Assembly: GCA_963663035.1 (NCBI GenBank)
Contig: OY760074.1
Coordinates: forward strand, 1,024,001 to 1,088,000
Reading direction: 5' to 3'
DNA length: 64,000 nt
DNA from: Acidobacteriota bacterium
Lineage (GTDB): Bacteria; Acidobacteriota; UBA6911; RPQK01; JADFOI01
Of the stretch, positions 1-9,904 are shown piece by piece. The first letter of the stretch is position 1, and every line of letters starts with the position of its first letter. Below the pieces are notes generated by a model, which worked only from the letters and a program-made list of their open reading frames with translations, was not told where the DNA came from and ran no database searches. A program made the position numbers and the translations under genes.

Positions 1-398
1 TTGAAGTCCAGGAAGTCCTCCAGGATGCCCTCTGCCTGATAGAGCCTTGGAACCAGAGCAACGGTATAGCCGTAGCTCTCGACCTTAGCGGCGGTAGCGG
101 GTCCAATGGTGCAGATTTTGGGGAATGGGGAGTCCCCCTCTGGAGCAGGTAATCGGCCCAGGGCCTGGGCCCGATCCATAAAGATCTCCACCGCGTTGGC
201 ACTGGTGAACATCAGCCAGTCACAGTCCTCCAGTCCTCCAACGGCACGGTCCAGTTCCGGAGTAGGGCGGGGGCGGATTTCAATGGTGGGCAGATCCAGG
301 ACTCGAGCGCCCGCTTTCTCGAGAAGCAGCCTGAACTCGGGGGCCTGGCCGCGGCTTCGAGTATTGAGAATGGTGCGATCGTGCAAGGGACCACTCAT
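1..398 (-). CDS. hemD: Uroporphyrinogen-III synthase (N-terminal part; runs off the window edge)
   Basis: Manual translation from ATG 398 gives MSGPLHDRTILNTRSRGQA...LPTIEI...DWLMFTSANAVEIF...ICTIGPATAAKV...QAEGILE, which are HemD motifs. ATGA overlap with the hemC stop. Confidence 0.9.
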   Translation of the reverse strand, partial: MSGPLHDRTILNTRSRGQAPEFRLLLEKAGARVLDLPTIEIRPRPTPELDRAVGGLEDCDWLMFTSANAVEIFMDRAQALGRLPAPEGDSPFPKICTIGPATAAKVESYGYTVALVPRLYQAEGILEDFLDF

Positions 399-1339
399 GA
401 TAGGTTTTGAACGGCGGACCCTTTGAGCATTTGGTCCCCACCCTGAGAGATCAGGTACTGGGCTGTCTCCACAGCCAGCCTCTCCAGGTCCTGGGGCTGC
501 CCTTGGCACACTCTTTTGACCACTTCAAGGCTGGCGGGATCGGCCACAAAGGCCGTGAAGTGGGCATTCCCGTCTTCAATCGAGGCGTGGGCCCCCATGG
601 GCACGTCACATCCGCCTCCCATTTCTTGAAGAAATCGCCTTTCCGCCAGGGCACAGTGTCGAGTGGGCAGGTCGTCAAGGGGCTTGACAAGTTGGAGAGT
701 CGACTCGTCATCCGCACGGATTTCTACCCCCAGGGCACCCTGGCCTATGGCCGGAATCATTTCCTCCACTGGAAAAAAGTAGGATATTTTCTCCTCAAGT
801 CCCAGCCGTCTCAGGCCGGCAGCCGCCAGGACGATTCCGTCCAGGTTCCGCTCTCGGATCTTCCGGATGCGGGTGTCTACGTTGCCTCGAATGGCGGACA
901 CCACGAGGTCTGGCCTCAGCAGCTGGAGCTGTACGCGGCGGCGAAGGGAACCCGTACCCAAGCGCGCTTTTGGGGGTAGCGCCTCAAAAGACTGGATCTC
1001 CGGGGACTCTGTCACCAGCACGTCTCGAGCATCCTCCCTCTGCGGGATAGCGGCCAGCGTCAGCCCCTCGGGCAGTTCGGTGGGAAGGTCCTTTAAACTG
1101 TGGACAGCCACGTCGATACGCTGCTCCAGGAGAGCCTCCTCGATTTCTTTGACAAATAATCCTTTGACACCGGTTGCCAGCTTGGAGAGGGCGGTGTGGG
1201 GGATCTTGTCACCGGTGGTTCGGATCACTTCAATACTCACCTCGAGATCGGGGTGGAGTGTCTCAAGGTCCCGCGCCAGAATTTTCGATTGGCGGAGGGC
1301 CAACTGGCTGCCCCGAGAGCCTAGGACGATTTTCCTCAT
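395..1339 (-). CDS. hemC: Hydroxymethylbilane synthase (porphobilinogen deaminase)
   Basis: GSRGSQLAL, KGLFVKEIE, AVHSLKDLP, IRGNVDTR, GGCDVP motifs. Confidence 0.98.
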   Translation of the reverse strand: MRKIVLGSRGSQLALRQSKILARDLETLHPDLEVSIEVIRTTGDKIPHTALSKLATGVKGLFVKEIEEALLEQRIDVAVHSLKDLPTELPEGLTLAAIPQREDARDVLVTESPEIQSFEALPPKARLGTGSLRRRVQLQLLRPDLVVSAIRGNVDTRIRKIRERNLDGIVLAAAGLRRLGLEEKISYFFPVEEMIPAIGQGALGVEIRADDESTLQLVKPLDDLPTRHCALAERRFLQEMGGGCDVPMGAHASIEDGNAHFTAFVADPASLEVVKRVCQGQPQDLERLAVETAQYLISQGGDQMLKGSAVQNLS

Positions 1340-2604
1340 GTTTCTTCGTCCAGGCGAAAAATCTTTCTCATCATTTCGAGCTTGTGAAGGTGGCGAGTAG
1401 GATCTTCATCCGCTTGCCGGAGTTCGGTGATGAGGGGATGGGCGATTCTGTGAGCGGTGCTTTTGAGTGCCTTTTCCAGTCGCTGGTACTCCTCCGGATT
1501 CAGGTTGGCGTGGTTGCCCTTGAGCTCCTTCAAACAGATCTCCTCAATGCGATGCCGCAGGGCACTGATCAGAGGTCCGGTGCCGCGGGTGCTCAGTTGG
1601 CTCATGAATTTGGCAACTTCTGTCTGGACGATCTTTTCTCCAGTCTCCGCTTCTTCACATCGCTGGCGAATGTTGGCATTAATGACCGACTGCAGATCGT
1701 CAATATCGTACAGAAAGACGTTTTCCAGCTCATTGACATGGGGGTCGACATTGCGGGGAAAGGAGATATCAATGATGAACAGCGGCCGGTACCTTCGCCG
1801 TTTGACGATTTTCTCGAGACGCTCTTTGTCCAGGAGAAGGGAAGTGGACCCAGTGCAGACCAGGGCAATGTCAGACCGGATCAGGTAGGTTTCCAGATCG
1901 CTGAAGGGAACTGCCTTTCCCAGCAGTTGAGCGGCCAGTGCCTGGCTGCGCTCGGGCGTCCGATTGGTGACAAAGACCTGGCTGACACCTGAATCGAGAA
2001 GGCTGCGGGCAGCCAGCTCACCCATTTCTCCAGCGCCCAGGAGCAGAGTTGACTTTCCCGTGAGATCCCCAAAGATTTTTCGGGCCAGCTCGACGGCAAC
2101 GGAACTGATGGATACGGCCGAAGCCCCAATTCGAGTCGAGCTTCTCACCTTTTTGGCGACAAAGAAAGTTCGGGGAATCAAGTCTTTGAGATAAGTTCCC
2201 ACGCTTTCTGCCTGACAGGCTGCGGCATAAGCCTGTTTGACCTGGGCAAGGATCTGCGGCTCTCCCACCACCATCGAATCCAGACTGCTGGCCACTCGAA
2301 AAATGTGTCTTACGGCGTCACCCTGCAGATGACTGTAAAGATAATCCTCCAGGAAGCGAGGTTCCAAGGCGTGAAAGGAGTAAAGAAATTCCTTGACCGA
2401 CTCGATGACCTGCTCTTGGCTTTTCTCTCCATGGGCGAGGATTTCCACCCGGTTGCAGGTGGAGATAATCATTCCTTCCTGCAAGCCAAACTCTGTTTGC
2501 AGGCGCTTGAGAGCCGGGTGTAATTGCTCCTCGGGGAAGGCAATGCGCTCACGTACCTCCACGGGTGCGGTTTTATGGTTGAGTCCGACTAAAACGAGAT
2601 CCAT
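1336..2604 (-). CDS. hemA: Glutamyl-tRNA reductase
   Basis: GLNHKTAPVEVRE, STCNRVE, SLDSMVVGEPQILAQVK, GAGEMG, DISFPRNVDP. Confidence 0.98.
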   Translation of the reverse strand: MDLVLVGLNHKTAPVEVRERIAFPEEQLHPALKRLQTEFGLQEGMIISTCNRVEILAHGEKSQEQVIESVKEFLYSFHALEPRFLEDYLYSHLQGDAVRHIFRVASSLDSMVVGEPQILAQVKQAYAAACQAESVGTYLKDLIPRTFFVAKKVRSSTRIGASAVSISSVAVELARKIFGDLTGKSTLLLGAGEMGELAARSLLDSGVSQVFVTNRTPERSQALAAQLLGKAVPFSDLETYLIRSDIALVCTGSTSLLLDKERLEKIVKRRRYRPLFIIDISFPRNVDPHVNELENVFLYDIDDLQSVINANIRQRCEEAETGEKIVQTEVAKFMSQLSTRGTGPLISALRHRIEEICLKELKGNHANLNPEEYQRLEKALKSTAHRIAHPLITELRQADEDPTRHLHKLEMMRKIFRLDEET

Positions 2605-2612
2605 TAGCTAAA

Positions 2613-2763
2613 AGCCCGCATTATGGATAGGTTTTCGTAGCGAAGTGGCGCAAGCGCCGCGATGACAAGGCGTGTGAAGGGGTACCCGCTTGCGGGTCGC
2701 GCAACGCCGTCAGCGCGGATGATTGCGACACTGTAGCAGAAAATTTATTCATAATGCGGGCTA
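2613..2763. repeat. Long-hairpin repeat family A, copy 1
   Basis: Terminal inverted repeats AGCCCGCATTATG...CATAATGCGGGCT; core GGGGTACCCGCTTGCGGGTCGCG; near-identical to the reverse complement of 50006-50201 apart from that copy's insert. Confidence 0.92.
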
Positions 2764-3570
2764 TAAAAACGGATGTAAACCTCCCAAGTAGCGTGCTCCC
2801 AGGAAGGTGAAAAGAACTGACAGAAATCCGAACATGCTCATCATGGCTGCGCGCCTTCCACGCCAGCCCGCCGTGACACGCAGATAAATCAGTACCAGGT
2901 AGATCCCCCAGGTGACCAGTGCCGCGATGACCTTGGGATCGCCCTGCCAGGCCCCGACCCAATCCTGCTCAGCCCAGATCACCCCTGCCAGGAGCCCCAA
3001 GGTCATAAAGCAGAAGCCGGAAATCAGGAACTTATAAAACAGGTCATCAAGCAGGACCAGCGAAGGAAGCCAGTAATAAAAGGTCTTTGGCTTTTTGCCC
3101 TTCAGTTCTCGTTCTTGAAACAGGTACAAAAGGCTGGCAATGAAGGTGACAAAGAACATTCCGTAGGCCAGAAAGAGGCAGATGGTGTGCCAGTAAATCC
3201 AGGAACTGCTGAAGATCTCAGGCACCGGGGAGGATTTGATGAAGATGGTTCCCAGCATTAAAACGGTGACCAGAGGGAGCAGGAAAAGTCCAAGGGGCTT
3301 AATGCGATAGCGCAAGTGGGAGATAAAAAAACAGAGAGAAACGGTCCAGGCGAAAAATGCCAGCGCCTCTTTCAAGTCCGTCAGCGGGAGGCGCGATTTT
3401 TCCACTGCACTGTAGATGAGAAAAGCCGAGTGCAGGGCGAAGCCCACCCCCACCGAGGCAATGGCGATCCGATGGAATATGGTTTTCCTGTTTGAAACAA
3501 AGGCCGCCACGCTGTGGAGAAGCCCGAGTACGTAAAAGCAGAAGGCTGAGTTCAGGAGCAGTACACTCAC
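2761..3570 (-). CDS. ccsA: Cytochrome c assembly protein (CcsA/HemX-like)
   Basis: About 8 TM helices, conserved His residues, WWD-like segment GVIWAEQDWVGAWQGDPK; first gene of the hem operon. Confidence 0.85.
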   Translation of the reverse strand: MSVLLLNSAFCFYVLGLLHSVAAFVSNRKTIFHRIAIASVGVGFALHSAFLIYSAVEKSRLPLTDLKEALAFFAWTVSLCFFISHLRYRIKPLGLFLLPLVTVLMLGTIFIKSSPVPEIFSSSWIYWHTICLFLAYGMFFVTFIASLLYLFQERELKGKKPKTFYYWLPSLVLLDDLFYKFLISGFCFMTLGLLAGVIWAEQDWVGAWQGDPKVIAALVTWGIYLVLIYLRVTAGWRGRRAAMMSMFGFLSVLFTFLGARYLGGLHPFL

Positions 3571-3579
3571 GGGAAATCC

Positions 3580-3614
3580 ATTATAGCAGCACGGTGGGGG
3601 TGCTGTGGTATGAT
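3580..3614. promoter_or_regulatory. Back-to-back extended -10 promoters for ccsA and the M50 protease
   Basis: Minus strand TGcTATAAT (3580-3585); plus strand TGgTATGAT (3609-3614). Confidence 0.6.
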
Positions 3615-3621
3615 TTGTCGC

Positions 3622-4272
3622 GTGAATTTCGGTGGGATTGATCCGATATTTCTCCTGATCAGCATTGCAGTGCTCTTATTTTCTCTGAGTATTCACGAGT
3701 CTGCCCACGCCTGGACGGCGGATTGGCTGGGGGATTCCACGGGTCGCTACCTGGGCCGGGTGACTCTGAACCCGCTGGCTCATCTCGACCTGGTGGGAAG
3801 TCTCATTTTTCCGCTGGTGGGACTCCTCACTGGAGGGGTAATCTTTGGCTGGGCCAAACCGGTGCCGGTCAATACTCAGAACCTGAAAAATCCCAAAAAG
3901 GATCATGTCCTGATTGCAGCGGCCGGGCCCGCCAGCAATGTGGTGGCAGGTCTGGCCTTTCTGGTGAGCTTGAAAGCCATACTGCTGCTCAACCCGGCAA
4001 TGGCCAGGGGGGAGCATACCCTGTACCCGTTGTTCCTGTTTTGCTATCTGGGGCTGATGATCAATGTCATCCTGGCGGTCTTTAATATCATTCCCATTCC
4101 ACCCCTGGATGGCAGTTGGATCCTGTCCGGTCTGTTGCCGGAAAATCTTTCTGTCCTCATTGACAGAATCAGGCCGTATGGATTCATGCTTTTACTTTTC
4201 CTCTTGATGTCCGGTGCCTTGGGAAGCATTCTCGGTCCAGCCCTTGGCTTTGTGCAGGGCTTGATTTTTTAG
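3622..4272 (+). CDS. Site-2 protease family (peptidase M50) membrane metalloprotease
   Basis: HESAH zinc motif, AAAGPASN, FNIIPIPPLDGS. GTG 3622 is preferred because ATG 3610 lies inside the -10 box. Confidence 0.92.
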   Translation: MNFGGIDPIFLLISIAVLLFSLSIHESAHAWTADWLGDSTGRYLGRVTLNPLAHLDLVGSLIFPLVGLLTGGVIFGWAKPVPVNTQNLKNPKKDHVLIAAAGPASNVVAGLAFLVSLKAILLLNPAMARGEHTLYPLFLFCYLGLMINVILAVFNIIPIPPLDGSWILSGLLPENLSVLIDRIRPYGFMLLLFLLMSGALGSILGPALGFVQGLIF

Positions 4273-4419
4273 CCCGGACTATGCATAAATTCTCTACTAC
4301 AGCGACGAAATCATCCGCCCTGCCAGCGTTACACGACCCGCAAGCGGGTACCCCTCGTGTGCCTTGTCAGGTCGGCGCTTTCGTCACTTCGTGACGAGAA
4401 CCTATGCATAATCCGGGCT
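4270..4419. repeat. Long-hairpin repeat family A, copy 2
   Basis: TAGCCCGGACTATGCATA...TATGCATAATCCGGGCT; core CGACCCGCAAGCGGGTACCCCTC. Confidence 0.9.
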
Positions 4420-4432
4420 CTAGGCTTCAACG

Positions 4433-5419
4433 ATGAAAAAACGAGTGTTTAGCGGGATGCGGCCAACCGGCCGGCTGCATCTGGGGAATTTCTTTGGCGC
4501 TCTGCAGAACTGGGTTCGTCTGCAGGAGGAGTACGAGTGCATTTTCGGAATAGTGGACTACCATGCCCTGACCTCCGACTACGCAGATGTGGATCGGATC
4601 AGGCAGAGTGTCCTGGGGGTGGCCATGGACTGGCTTGCCAGTGGGATCGATCCCGAAAAGTCCACCATCATGATCCAGTCCCTCGTTCCGGAACATGCTG
4701 AACTGCACCTGCTGCTTTCCATGATTGTCCCCATACCTTGGCTGGAGCGGGTTCCCACCTATAAAGAACAGATTCAGCAGCTCTCGGACAAAGACCTTTC
4801 GACCTATGGCTTCCTGGGATATCCACTGCTTCAGGCGGCGGATATTTTAATTTACAAAGCAGACATGGTTCCGGTTGGGGAAGATCAGGTGGCACATATT
4901 GAACTGTGCCGGGAAATCGCCCGCCGTTTCAATCACTTCTACGGTTCTGTTTTTCCAGAGCCCCAGGCTCAGTTGACCCGAATGGCGCGTTTACCCGGCA
5001 CGGATGGGCGAAAAATGAGTAAGAGTTACGGTAACGAGATCCAGCTCTCCGAAGACCCCAAGAGCATCTCTGAGAAAGTGATGAAGATGATGACGGATCC
5101 AGCGCGGGTCCGACGCACCGACCCGGGCAATCCAAAAATTTGCCCGGTATTCGACTATCACAAACTTCTCACCGACGATGATGGCCAGCAGTGGGTCACC
5201 GAGGGCTGCACCACGGCGGGAATTGGCTGCACGGACTGCAAGGGGCTGCTGCTGAAGAATCTGCTTCCCGTCATCGAACCGCTCCATGAAAAAAGGATGG
5301 AGCTGGAGCGAAAGCCCGAGCAAGTGAAGGAGCTGCTGATGGAAGGTAGCAGCAAGGCAAAAGGTCTAGCCAGAAAGACCATGGGGGAGGTACGTCAGGC
5401 CATGAAGATAGACTACTAA
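4433..5419 (+). CDS. trpS: Tryptophan--tRNA ligase
   Basis: SGMRPTGRLHLGN (HIGH-like), YPLLQAADIL, VPVGEDQ, KMSKS. Confidence 0.98.
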   Translation: MKKRVFSGMRPTGRLHLGNFFGALQNWVRLQEEYECIFGIVDYHALTSDYADVDRIRQSVLGVAMDWLASGIDPEKSTIMIQSLVPEHAELHLLLSMIVPIPWLERVPTYKEQIQQLSDKDLSTYGFLGYPLLQAADILIYKADMVPVGEDQVAHIELCREIARRFNHFYGSVFPEPQAQLTRMARLPGTDGRKMSKSYGNEIQLSEDPKSISEKVMKMMTDPARVRRTDPGNPKICPVFDYHKLLTDDDGQQWVTEGCTTAGIGCTDCKGLLLKNLLPVIEPLHEKRMELERKPEQVKELLMEGSSKAKGLARKTMGEVRQAMKIDY

Positions 5420-5423
5420 ACAA

Positions 5424-6152
5424 ATGCCGGATCTAGCCGTGCCCGAAGGAGAGGGCTATACGGTTCAACTGGATAGTTTTGAAGGCCCCCTGGACCTGCT
5501 TCTTCATCTCATCCGCCAACAAGAGATCGATATCTACCAGATTCCCATCGCCCAGATCACGGATCAGTATCTGCGCTATCTGGAAATGATGAAGGATCTC
5601 AACATCACCATTGCGGGAGACTTCCTGGTCATTGCCGCCACCCTGATTCACATCAAATCGGGGATGCTGCTTCCCGCTCAGCCCGGTTCCGAGTTGAATG
5701 AGGAGGTTGAGCGTTCTCGCCAGGAACTCGTTGAACAGCTACTGGAACACGAGAAATTCAAGCAAGCAGCCCAAATGCTCTTTGAGCGGGAAACCGTTGA
5801 GCTCTGTGTCTGGCCCCCCGATGAAAGCGAGTTCCAGGCCGAGGAAGAGGAACTCATATCGGCCAATGTGTTTGATCTGGTAAGTGCTTTTCACCGTATG
5901 GCAGAACGCTATAAGGACCAAATCGTCATGGAGATGGAAGGTGAAACGGTGTCTCTGGCAGAGAAGCTCGGGGAAATCAGACGCCTCCTGAAGGTCCAGA
6001 AGGAAGTCCTGTTTTCCTTCTTTTTCCAGCTCAAGATTTCTCGCCTTCATCTGGCCGTCACCTTCATGGCTTTACTGGAACTGACGAGGCTGCGAGAGGT
6101 TCGCCTCATTCAAAAAGATCTTTTCGAAGACATTCGCATTCTGGCATGTTAG
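5424..6152 (+). CDS. scpA: Segregation and condensation protein A
   Basis: FEGPLDLLLHLI, IPIAQITDQY, TFMALLEL. Confidence 0.95.
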   Translation: MPDLAVPEGEGYTVQLDSFEGPLDLLLHLIRQQEIDIYQIPIAQITDQYLRYLEMMKDLNITIAGDFLVIAATLIHIKSGMLLPAQPGSELNEEVERSRQELVEQLLEHEKFKQAAQMLFERETVELCVWPPDESEFQAEEEELISANVFDLVSAFHRMAERYKDQIVMEMEGETVSLAEKLGEIRRLLKVQKEVLFSFFFQLKISRLHLAVTFMALLELTRLREVRLIQKDLFEDIRILAC

Positions 6153-6688
6153 AAGAGGCGTTACCCAACCAGATTCTGGCCATTCTCTTTGTGGCGAAAG
6201 AGCCACTGACCCTTTCTGAACTCCAGGAGGTTTATCCCGACACTTCTGTGGAAGAACTCAAGGGGAAGCTGGATAGTCTGGTTTCGAAGTTTAACTCTTT
6301 TCAGCAAGCAGTGGAGATTCGCCAAATTGGGGGTGGTTATAGAATGACGACCCGTCCCCATCATCATGAAAACATCCGAACCTACCTGAAAACAAGACCT
6401 TCCGCTCAACTGTCCCTGGCAGCCCTGGAGACGCTTGCTGTGATCGCCTACAAACAACCTGTGACTCTCCCAGAAATCATGGACATCCGTGGTATCAAAG
6501 GGACTTCCACGATCCATACTCTGCTTGAGAAAAAGCTGATCGAAACGCGGGGGCGAAAGAAGGTGGTGGGGCGGCCGATCATGTATGGAACCACCAAGCA
6601 ATTTATCGTTCACTTTGGCCTCAACGATCTCTCCGAGCTGCCAACTTTAGAAGAATTCCAAGAGATTCTCTCCCAGTCCACTGGTTGA
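6146..6688 (+). CDS. scpB: Segregation and condensation protein B
   Basis: LSLAALETLAVIAYKQPVT, GRPIMYGTTKQF, FGLNDLSELP. Confidence 0.96.
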   Translation: MLEEALPNQILAILFVAKEPLTLSELQEVYPDTSVEELKGKLDSLVSKFNSFQQAVEIRQIGGGYRMTTRPHHHENIRTYLKTRPSAQLSLAALETLAVIAYKQPVTLPEIMDIRGIKGTSTIHTLLEKKLIETRGRKKVVGRPIMYGTTKQFIVHFGLNDLSELPTLEEFQEILSQSTG

Positions 6689-6706
6689 GGAGCTCCCGGC
6701 CCTGCC

Positions 6707-7441
6707 ATGCAAGAGCGGCTTCAGAAGATTGTGGCAGCTGCGGGAATCGCTTCGCGGCGCAAGGCGGAGGAGCTCATCCGGAAGGGCCGCGTTTCCGTCA
6801 ACGACCAAACAGTCACCCAGTTAGGGACCAAGGTTGATCCTCAGAAGGATCGCATCAAGGTGGATGGCCGACCCATTCGGGCGGAGCCCCTGGAATATTT
6901 TATGGTCAACAAACCGCAGGGTGTCCTGAGTGCCGTATCCGATCCCTCCAAACGTCCCCTGGTGACGGACCTGGTGCGCTCGCGAAGGAGACTGTATCCG
7001 GTGGGGAGACTCGACTTTCAAAGCGAAGGCTTGATGATTCTCACCAATGATGGCGCACTGACCCGTAAAATCACCCGGGCGGGAACGATGGAAAAGATCT
7101 ATAAGGTCAAGGTGCGTGGCCAACCCGCCCAGAAGCAGCTGGACTGGCTTTGTGGCGGCATTACGGTCGAGGGGGAAAAGTTTTCCAGATGCAAGATTGC
7201 CGAGTTGAAAAAAGCACGAAACTGCTGGTTCACGGTGGTGCTTCGAGAGGGGAAAAATCGTCAGATTCGGCGTATGTTCGAGCACATTGGTCATCCCGTG
7301 ATGCGTGTTCGCCGGATGGCCATTGGAGGGGTGACTCTGGGAGATCTGAAACCGGGTGCCTCCCGGAAGCTGACCTCCAGGGAGGTGCAATTGTTGCAGG
7401 GCGAAAAAAAACAAGGGCAAGAAAGTAGAAAATCAGGATAA
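6707..7441 (+). CDS. rluB: 23S rRNA pseudouridine synthase (RluB/RsuA family)
   Basis: S4 domain ERLQK...SRRKAEELI; GRLD catalytic motif; EGKNRQIRRM. Confidence 0.9.
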   Translation: MQERLQKIVAAAGIASRRKAEELIRKGRVSVNDQTVTQLGTKVDPQKDRIKVDGRPIRAEPLEYFMVNKPQGVLSAVSDPSKRPLVTDLVRSRRRLYPVGRLDFQSEGLMILTNDGALTRKITRAGTMEKIYKVKVRGQPAQKQLDWLCGGITVEGEKFSRCKIAELKKARNCWFTVVLREGKNRQIRRMFEHIGHPVMRVRRMAIGGVTLGDLKPGASRKLTSREVQLLQGEKKQGQESRKSG

Positions 7442-7451
7442 TAGAAGGAAG

Positions 7452-8672
7452 ATGTTTACTGGAATTGTTCAAGAGACGGGCGAAATTCTCTCTGAGGAGC
7501 ACAGTGCCGATGGAGCCACTTTTGAAATTGGAGGTGTGCAGCTCCTGGGAGATCTCAAGCGAGGGGATAGTATCAGTGTGGATGGTGTCTGTCTGACGGT
7601 GTCAAAGAAGAAAAAGGGAGCGATCACGGTAGAACTGACTCCCGAGACGCTCAAGTGCACCAATCTGGGAGAGCGCCGTGCGGGCGATTCTGTCAATCTT
7701 GAGCCTTCCGCCAGACTATCGGACTTTCTGGGAGGCCACCTGGTGCAGGGTCACGTGGACCAAACAGGTGAGGTTCTGGCCATAACAGAGGTGGGAAACT
7801 CCAAGGTCTTTCAAATTGCCGCTCCCGAAGAGGTCCTGCGCTACTGCACTCTGAAAGGAAGCGCCACCGTTAACGGTGTGAGCCTGACCCTCTCGGCGTT
7901 GGATTCCAAGAGCTTCGAAGTCACCATTATTCCCCACACCATGGAGGTTACGAATTTTCAGGAGTTAAAGGTCGGAGATCGAGTCAATCTGGAAGCGGAC
8001 GTGGTGAGTAAATATGTGGAATCCCACGTGAGCAAATACCTGGATTCCCATGTGCAGCGTCGTCTGGGGTTGCTGGCGGGTGTGGCGCTGCTCAGTTCAA
8101 GTCTGCTCTTTGGAGGCGATTTTGCTCTGGCACCCAACTCGGTCCTGGTTTATCAGAACCAGAACAGCCGGGGAGGGGAGACCCAATTTGTGATTCGAGT
8201 GGCACGTTTCCAGCCCGACATCGTTCTGGAGTGGGAGTCCACAAGCGATCAAGGCACCCTTCACCTCTTTCAAAGCGCTGTGGAAGAGGCAAGAAATTTC
8301 ACTTTCACCTCGCTCTTTGAGGTGGGTGTCGAAATGGAATCGTCCGATACGATGACATACTGGCTGTCCGAGAGGATGTACCAGGAACTCACGGAAGATG
8401 GCGAGACCCAGGTTCAGGTCAATAACTCGCCTGTGAAACTAAAGGTGAAAGGTGAGGAAACCTATCGTCTGACGGTCAATAAGGAGGTCCAGGAGATCCC
8501 GACCCTCTCGATTGAAGATGACCGAGGGGGCACCTGGTTCTTCCATAAGGATCGCGAAAACCCACTTCTCCTGGCCTATGTCACTCCCTATTTCCATCAA
8601 CGCTTGACCGTTGTCTCGACTGCTCCTACCAACACCCTGCGCTGGATGAGACAGGTACCTCCCGTAAAGTAG
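7452..8672 (+). CDS. ribE: Riboflavin synthase (alpha chain) fused to a hydrophobic segment and a ~190-aa unknown domain
   Basis: MFTGIV start, GDSISVDGVCLTV, GGHLVQGHVD, KGSATVNGVSLT, VNLEADVVSKY; the frame stays open for about 205 more codons. Confidence 0.9.
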   Translation: MFTGIVQETGEILSEEHSADGATFEIGGVQLLGDLKRGDSISVDGVCLTVSKKKKGAITVELTPETLKCTNLGERRAGDSVNLEPSARLSDFLGGHLVQGHVDQTGEVLAITEVGNSKVFQIAAPEEVLRYCTLKGSATVNGVSLTLSALDSKSFEVTIIPHTMEVTNFQELKVGDRVNLEADVVSKYVESHVSKYLDSHVQRRLGLLAGVALLSSSLLFGGDFALAPNSVLVYQNQNSRGGETQFVIRVARFQPDIVLEWESTSDQGTLHLFQSAVEEARNFTFTSLFEVGVEMESSDTMTYWLSERMYQELTEDGETQVQVNNSPVKLKVKGEETYRLTVNKEVQEIPTLSIEDDRGGTWFFHKDRENPLLLAYVTPYFHQRLTVVSTAPTNTLRWMRQVPPVK

Positions 8673-8764
8673 AAAGACCGGGCAGTGGCCTTATCTCTGT
8701 GGCGTGGCGGGAAATTCCGCTATAATGAGGTTTTAATCAGCAAAGGAGAGTTTCTGTTAGCGGC

Positions 8765-9904
8765 ATGTCTTTGGACAAAGTAGAGGACGCCATCCAGGAT
8801 TTTCGTGACGGAAAGATGGTGATCGTCATCGACGAAGAGGATCGTGAGAACGAAGGGGATCTGACCGTGGCTGCGGAGATGGTGACTCCTGAGGTCATCA
8901 ACTTCATGGCCAAATATGGTCGGGGTTTGATCTGCATGCCCATGACGGGAGAGCGGCTGAATGAGCTGGATATTCCCCTGATGGTGTCCAAGAACGAATC
9001 GACCCATGGAACTGCCTTTTGTGTCAGCATTGAGGCGCGTCGGAACGTTTCTACCGGTATTTCCGCCGCTGACCGAGCTATCACCGTTCAAACAGCTGTC
9101 GATCCCAAATCCCGCCCTGGGGATTTGATTCGGCCCGGGCATATTTTCCCACTGCGGGCGCGCCGGGGTGGAGTCTTGAAGCGAGCTGGACAAACAGAGG
9201 CCGCGGTGGATCTGGCTCGCATAGCGGGGCTGACACCAGCCGGGGTCATCTGCGAGATCATGAACGAAGATGGAACCATGTCGCGGCTTCCGGATTTGCA
9301 GGAATTTGGCACAAAGCATGGCCTCAAGATCATCTCGGTTGTCGATTTGATTCAGTTTCGTCTCAAGACCGAAAAGTTTGTCAAGCGTCTCCAGCAGATG
9401 CCTTTCAGCTCGGAGTTTGGGCAGTTTGAGCTCTTTCTTTTTGAGAATGAATTGGAGGGCGATCTCCATCTGGCATTGGTGAAGGGAGATGTGAAGGGCA
9501 AGGAACCTGTCCTGGTGCGCGTGCAAAGCGAATCGGTGCTGGGAGATGTGTTCTTAAGCCTGGCGAGCGACAGTGGGAGGGAGTTGAGACGCTCCTTTGA
9601 ACTGATTCAGGAGGCGGGGCGAGGTGTACTGGTTTACCTGCGCCTGCGAGGCGAGAAGAGACCGCTGCTGGGGGAAGTGAAACAGCATCTGGCGCAGTCC
9701 GAACAGGCCGAGAGGCAACTTGACCAGCGGAGTCCGGTCGACTTCAGAGACTACGGGATTGGGGCACAGATTCTTTCCGATCTAGGTCTCCATGAGATCC
9801 GGCTCTTAACCAATCACCCCAAGAAGATGGTGGGATTGGAAGGGTTCGACCTCAATGTTGTCGAACAACTTCCCATCGAAGTTACTGAGTTCTTGAGCAC
9901 TTAG
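8765..9904 (+). CDS. ribB: DHBP synthase fused to a degenerate GTP cyclohydrolase II domain (RibBX-like)
   Basis: [37 protein letters not shown] are intact. The GCHII region reads [21 protein letters not shown], with all three Zn Cys replaced by Ser. Confidence 0.9.
   Translation: MSLDKVEDAIQDFRDGKMVIVIDEEDRENEGDLTVAAEMVTPEVINFMAKYGRGLICMPMTGERLNELDIPLMVSKNESTHGTAFCVSIEARRNVSTGISAADRAITVQTAVDPKSRPGDLIRPGHIFPLRARRGGVLKRAGQTEAAVDLARIAGLTPAGVICEIMNEDGTMSRLPDLQEFGTKHGLKIISVVDLIQFRLKTEKFVKRLQQMPFSSEFGQFELFLFENELEGDLHLALVKGDVKGKEPVLVRVQSESVLGDVFLSLASDSGRELRRSFELIQEAGRGVLVYLRLRGEKRPLLGEVKQHLAQSEQAERQLDQRSPVDFRDYGIGAQILSDLGLHEIRLLTNHPKKMVGLEGFDLNVVEQLPIEVTEFLST

Noticed and set aside
2621-2962. ORFs crossing repeat elements (also 9962-10165, 11305-11796, 50149-50460)
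   Set aside because: They are translations of palindromic repeats or overlaps with real genes and show no protein motifs.
8673-8764. FMN riboswitch near the rib genes
   Set aside because: No RFN consensus is visible; the gap is short and holds only a TATAAT box and a Shine-Dalgarno.
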